Positions 36,405 to 38,012 of a stretch of DNA of 38,012 bases are shown here, one piece after another. Under the pieces are notes generated by a model, which ran no database searches, was not told where the DNA came from, and saw nothing but the letters and a program-made list of their open reading frames with translations. Within the stretch, counting starts at the first letter, position 1. Each line of letters opens with the position of its first letter. The stretch is from a virus (Duplodnaviria; Caudoviricetes): positions 1 to 38,012 of IMG/VR virus record IMGVR_UViG_3300033434_000381; one strand, given 5' to 3'. The position numbers were made by a program, and so were the translations under genes.

Positions 36405-38012
36405 ATGGCTTTCAACGGCATGACCATAACCGCACAAGGAGCCAATTTGCAAACCAAAATACAGGCTGGAGCAACGTTGACTTTTACTAGAATTAAAATC
36501 GGCGATGGAGTTTTAGCGGCAGTAAGTTCTCTGGAAGCGCTTACCGATTTGATTGACCCGCTCTTGGTTGTACAGATTGAATCAGTCGCATCCTTAGGCG
36601 ACGGAACGTATCGCGTCCGAGGAACATTGACCAATTCAAGCGTAGCAACTGGCTTCTTTGTGCGTGAAATCGGAGTATATGCGACTGATCCAGATGACGG
36701 GGAAATCTTATACTCGATCGCTAATGCCGGCAGTGAGTGTGATTACCTTCCGGCCGGTGGCGGTTCGGTCGTAGTTGAACAGGTGTTAGATATTGTAACG
36801 GCGGTTGGAAATGCTTCAAGCGTGACGGCGACAATTAATGAAGGAGCTGTTCTTGTATCGCTGGCTTCATTTACTGAGCATGTTGAAGATAAGACTAACC
36901 CGCATAGCGTTACCGCAAAACAGGCTGGGGCATTGCCTATTGCCGGCGGCGATATGACAGGGGCAATTAATGAAACTTCTGTTACGATGACTTCAGCAGA
37001 AAACATGAACATTGGCGCAGCTATCGGAAACTTAATATTGGTTTCTGGCACAACTACTATATCGGCTTTTGATGAAGTGCAAGCTGGAACGCGGCGTAGA
37101 TTGAAGTTTAGTGAGGCGCTGACTATTGAATATAACGCTGCTAGTATCATTTTGCCAGGTAAGACTAATTTGCTTGTTCGGGCTGGTGATACGGCGGAGT
37201 TTATCAGTCTGGGAAGTGGTCTATGGTATTGTAGTGATTTCCAGCCAGCACGTGGCTACGTACAAAATAAAACCTGGCCGTTAAAAGATGTAGAAATTAT
37301 CGCACACCGGGGATTTTTAAGTTATGCGCCGGAGAATACAGTAGTGGCATGGGAGCAGGCAATCATCTATGGGGCCGACAGCCTGGAATGTGACGTGCAG
37401 ATTTCGTCTGATGGAACGCCGGTGGTGATTCATGATACAACCGTGGATCGGACTACTGATGGAACTGGAAATGTCAGCGAATTGACGCTGGCTGAACTCG
37501 AGGCTATGGATGCAGGCAGCTTTTACTCAACGGTGTTTGCTGGGGTGACGATACCGACTTTCGAGGACTTCTTAAAATGTGCCGTTAAGGGGAGGATAAA
37601 GAGAATTTATCCAGAGATTAAGAGCTATCGGACTACTGCTGATATTGCGACAATGGTTGCTTTGGTGGCGGATTATAACCTTGAAGGCAAATGTACCTTT
37701 CAGTCATCTACCTTTAGCGATTTTGATTATGTTCGGGCAGTATCGGAGAAGGTGGAAATCGGCTATCTGGTGGAAGACTTAACTACCTTTAATATCGCAC
37801 TGGTCCTAGCGAAAGCAGACGGGAACGCTGTAATATTGGCTGAGTATAGCTTTGTATTGGCAAATCCGACGGTTGTAGCTACAGCTAGAAACAACGGTAT
37901 AGATATTGCAGTATGGACGGTGGAGTATTCTTACTATATTCAACAACTTTTGGATATAGGCGTAACTAGGTTTATGACCAATAAACGAATTGGGGTGCTG
38001 CTCGAATGCTGA
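36405..38012 (+). CDS. Tail fibre protein (P2 gpH-like N-terminus) fused to a C-terminal glycerophosphodiester phosphodiesterase (GDPD)
   Basis: N-terminal ITAQG..., FTRIKIGDG, REIGVYA.DPDDGEILY; NPHSVT; C-terminal IIAHRG, APENT, LECDVQ.S.DG.PVVIHD..VDRTT, EIK, WTV. Confidence 0.88.
   Translation: MAFNGMTITAQGANLQTKIQAGATLTFTRIKIGDGVLAAVSSLEALTDLIDPLLVVQIESVASLGDGTYRVRGTLTNSSVATGFFVREIGVYATDPDDGEILYSIANAGSECDYLPAGGGSVVVEQVLDIVTAVGNASSVTATINEGAVLVSLASFTEHVEDKTNPHSVTAKQAGALPIAGGDMTGAINETSVTMTSAENMNIGAAIGNLILVSGTTTISAFDEVQAGTRRRLKFSEALTIEYNAASIILPGKTNLLVRAGDTAEFISLGSGLWYCSDFQPARGYVQNKTWPLKDVEIIAHRGFLSYAPENTVVAWEQAIIYGADSLECDVQISSDGTPVVIHDTTVDRTTDGTGNVSELTLAELEAMDAGSFYSTVFAGVTIPTFEDFLKCAVKGRIKRIYPEIKSYRTTADIATMVALVADYNLEGKCTFQSSTFSDFDYVRAVSEKVEIGYLVEDLTTFNIALVLAKADGNAVILAEYSFVLANPTVVATARNNGIDIAVWTVEYSYYIQQLLDIGVTRFMTNKRIGVLLEC

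Larger units (their letters stand above)
1..38012 (+). mobile_element. Temperate prophage (partial): lambda-like cos/head module plus P2-like contractile tail
   Basis: Contiguous co-oriented replication, packaging, head, sheath/tube, baseplate and fibre genes span the window; att sites, integrase and lysis genes are not seen. Confidence 0.95.

Noticed and set aside
26529-38012. Tailocin or contractile injection system
   Set aside because: Terminase, portal, capsid and replication genes are contiguous, so this is a prophage tail.

Overview
The whole window is the central part of a temperate prophage from a Firmicutes-type host (possibly Negativicutes; this is an inference). No integrase, repressor or lysis gene is visible, so those lie outside the window or are lost. 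From left to right: an AT-rich leader with several terminators and a sigma-70 region-4 regulator; a replication module (SNF2 helicase, VRR-NUC, Cas4/RecB-like nuclease fused to an AAA ATPase, SSB-like protein, family-B-like polymerase, P4/D5 primase-helicase) followed by an iteron-flanked AT-rich origin; a RinA/ArpU-like late activator; a lambda-like cos site; a ParB-DNA methyltransferase interrupted by a complete group II intron (12976-15606); a lambda-type head module; and a P2-like contractile tail ending in a tail fibre fused to a glycerophosphodiester phosphodiesterase. Four cargo cassettes are inserted: an amidoligase-related gene plus GGCT, a GNAT acetyltransferase, hicAB, and a sulfite/nitrite-reductase-like Fe-S protein. 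Two of them are flanked by 53-59 bp direct repeats. The most striking unexplained element is an ORF-free segment of about 380 nt (16081-16461) just upstream of terS. By hand it folds into an 18-bp closing stem with six radiating G-U-rich hairpins, GNRA tetraloops and a repeated GAGCWAA-like linker, which makes it a candidate undescribed large structured phage ncRNA. All product calls come from motif recognition by eye; no database search was run.
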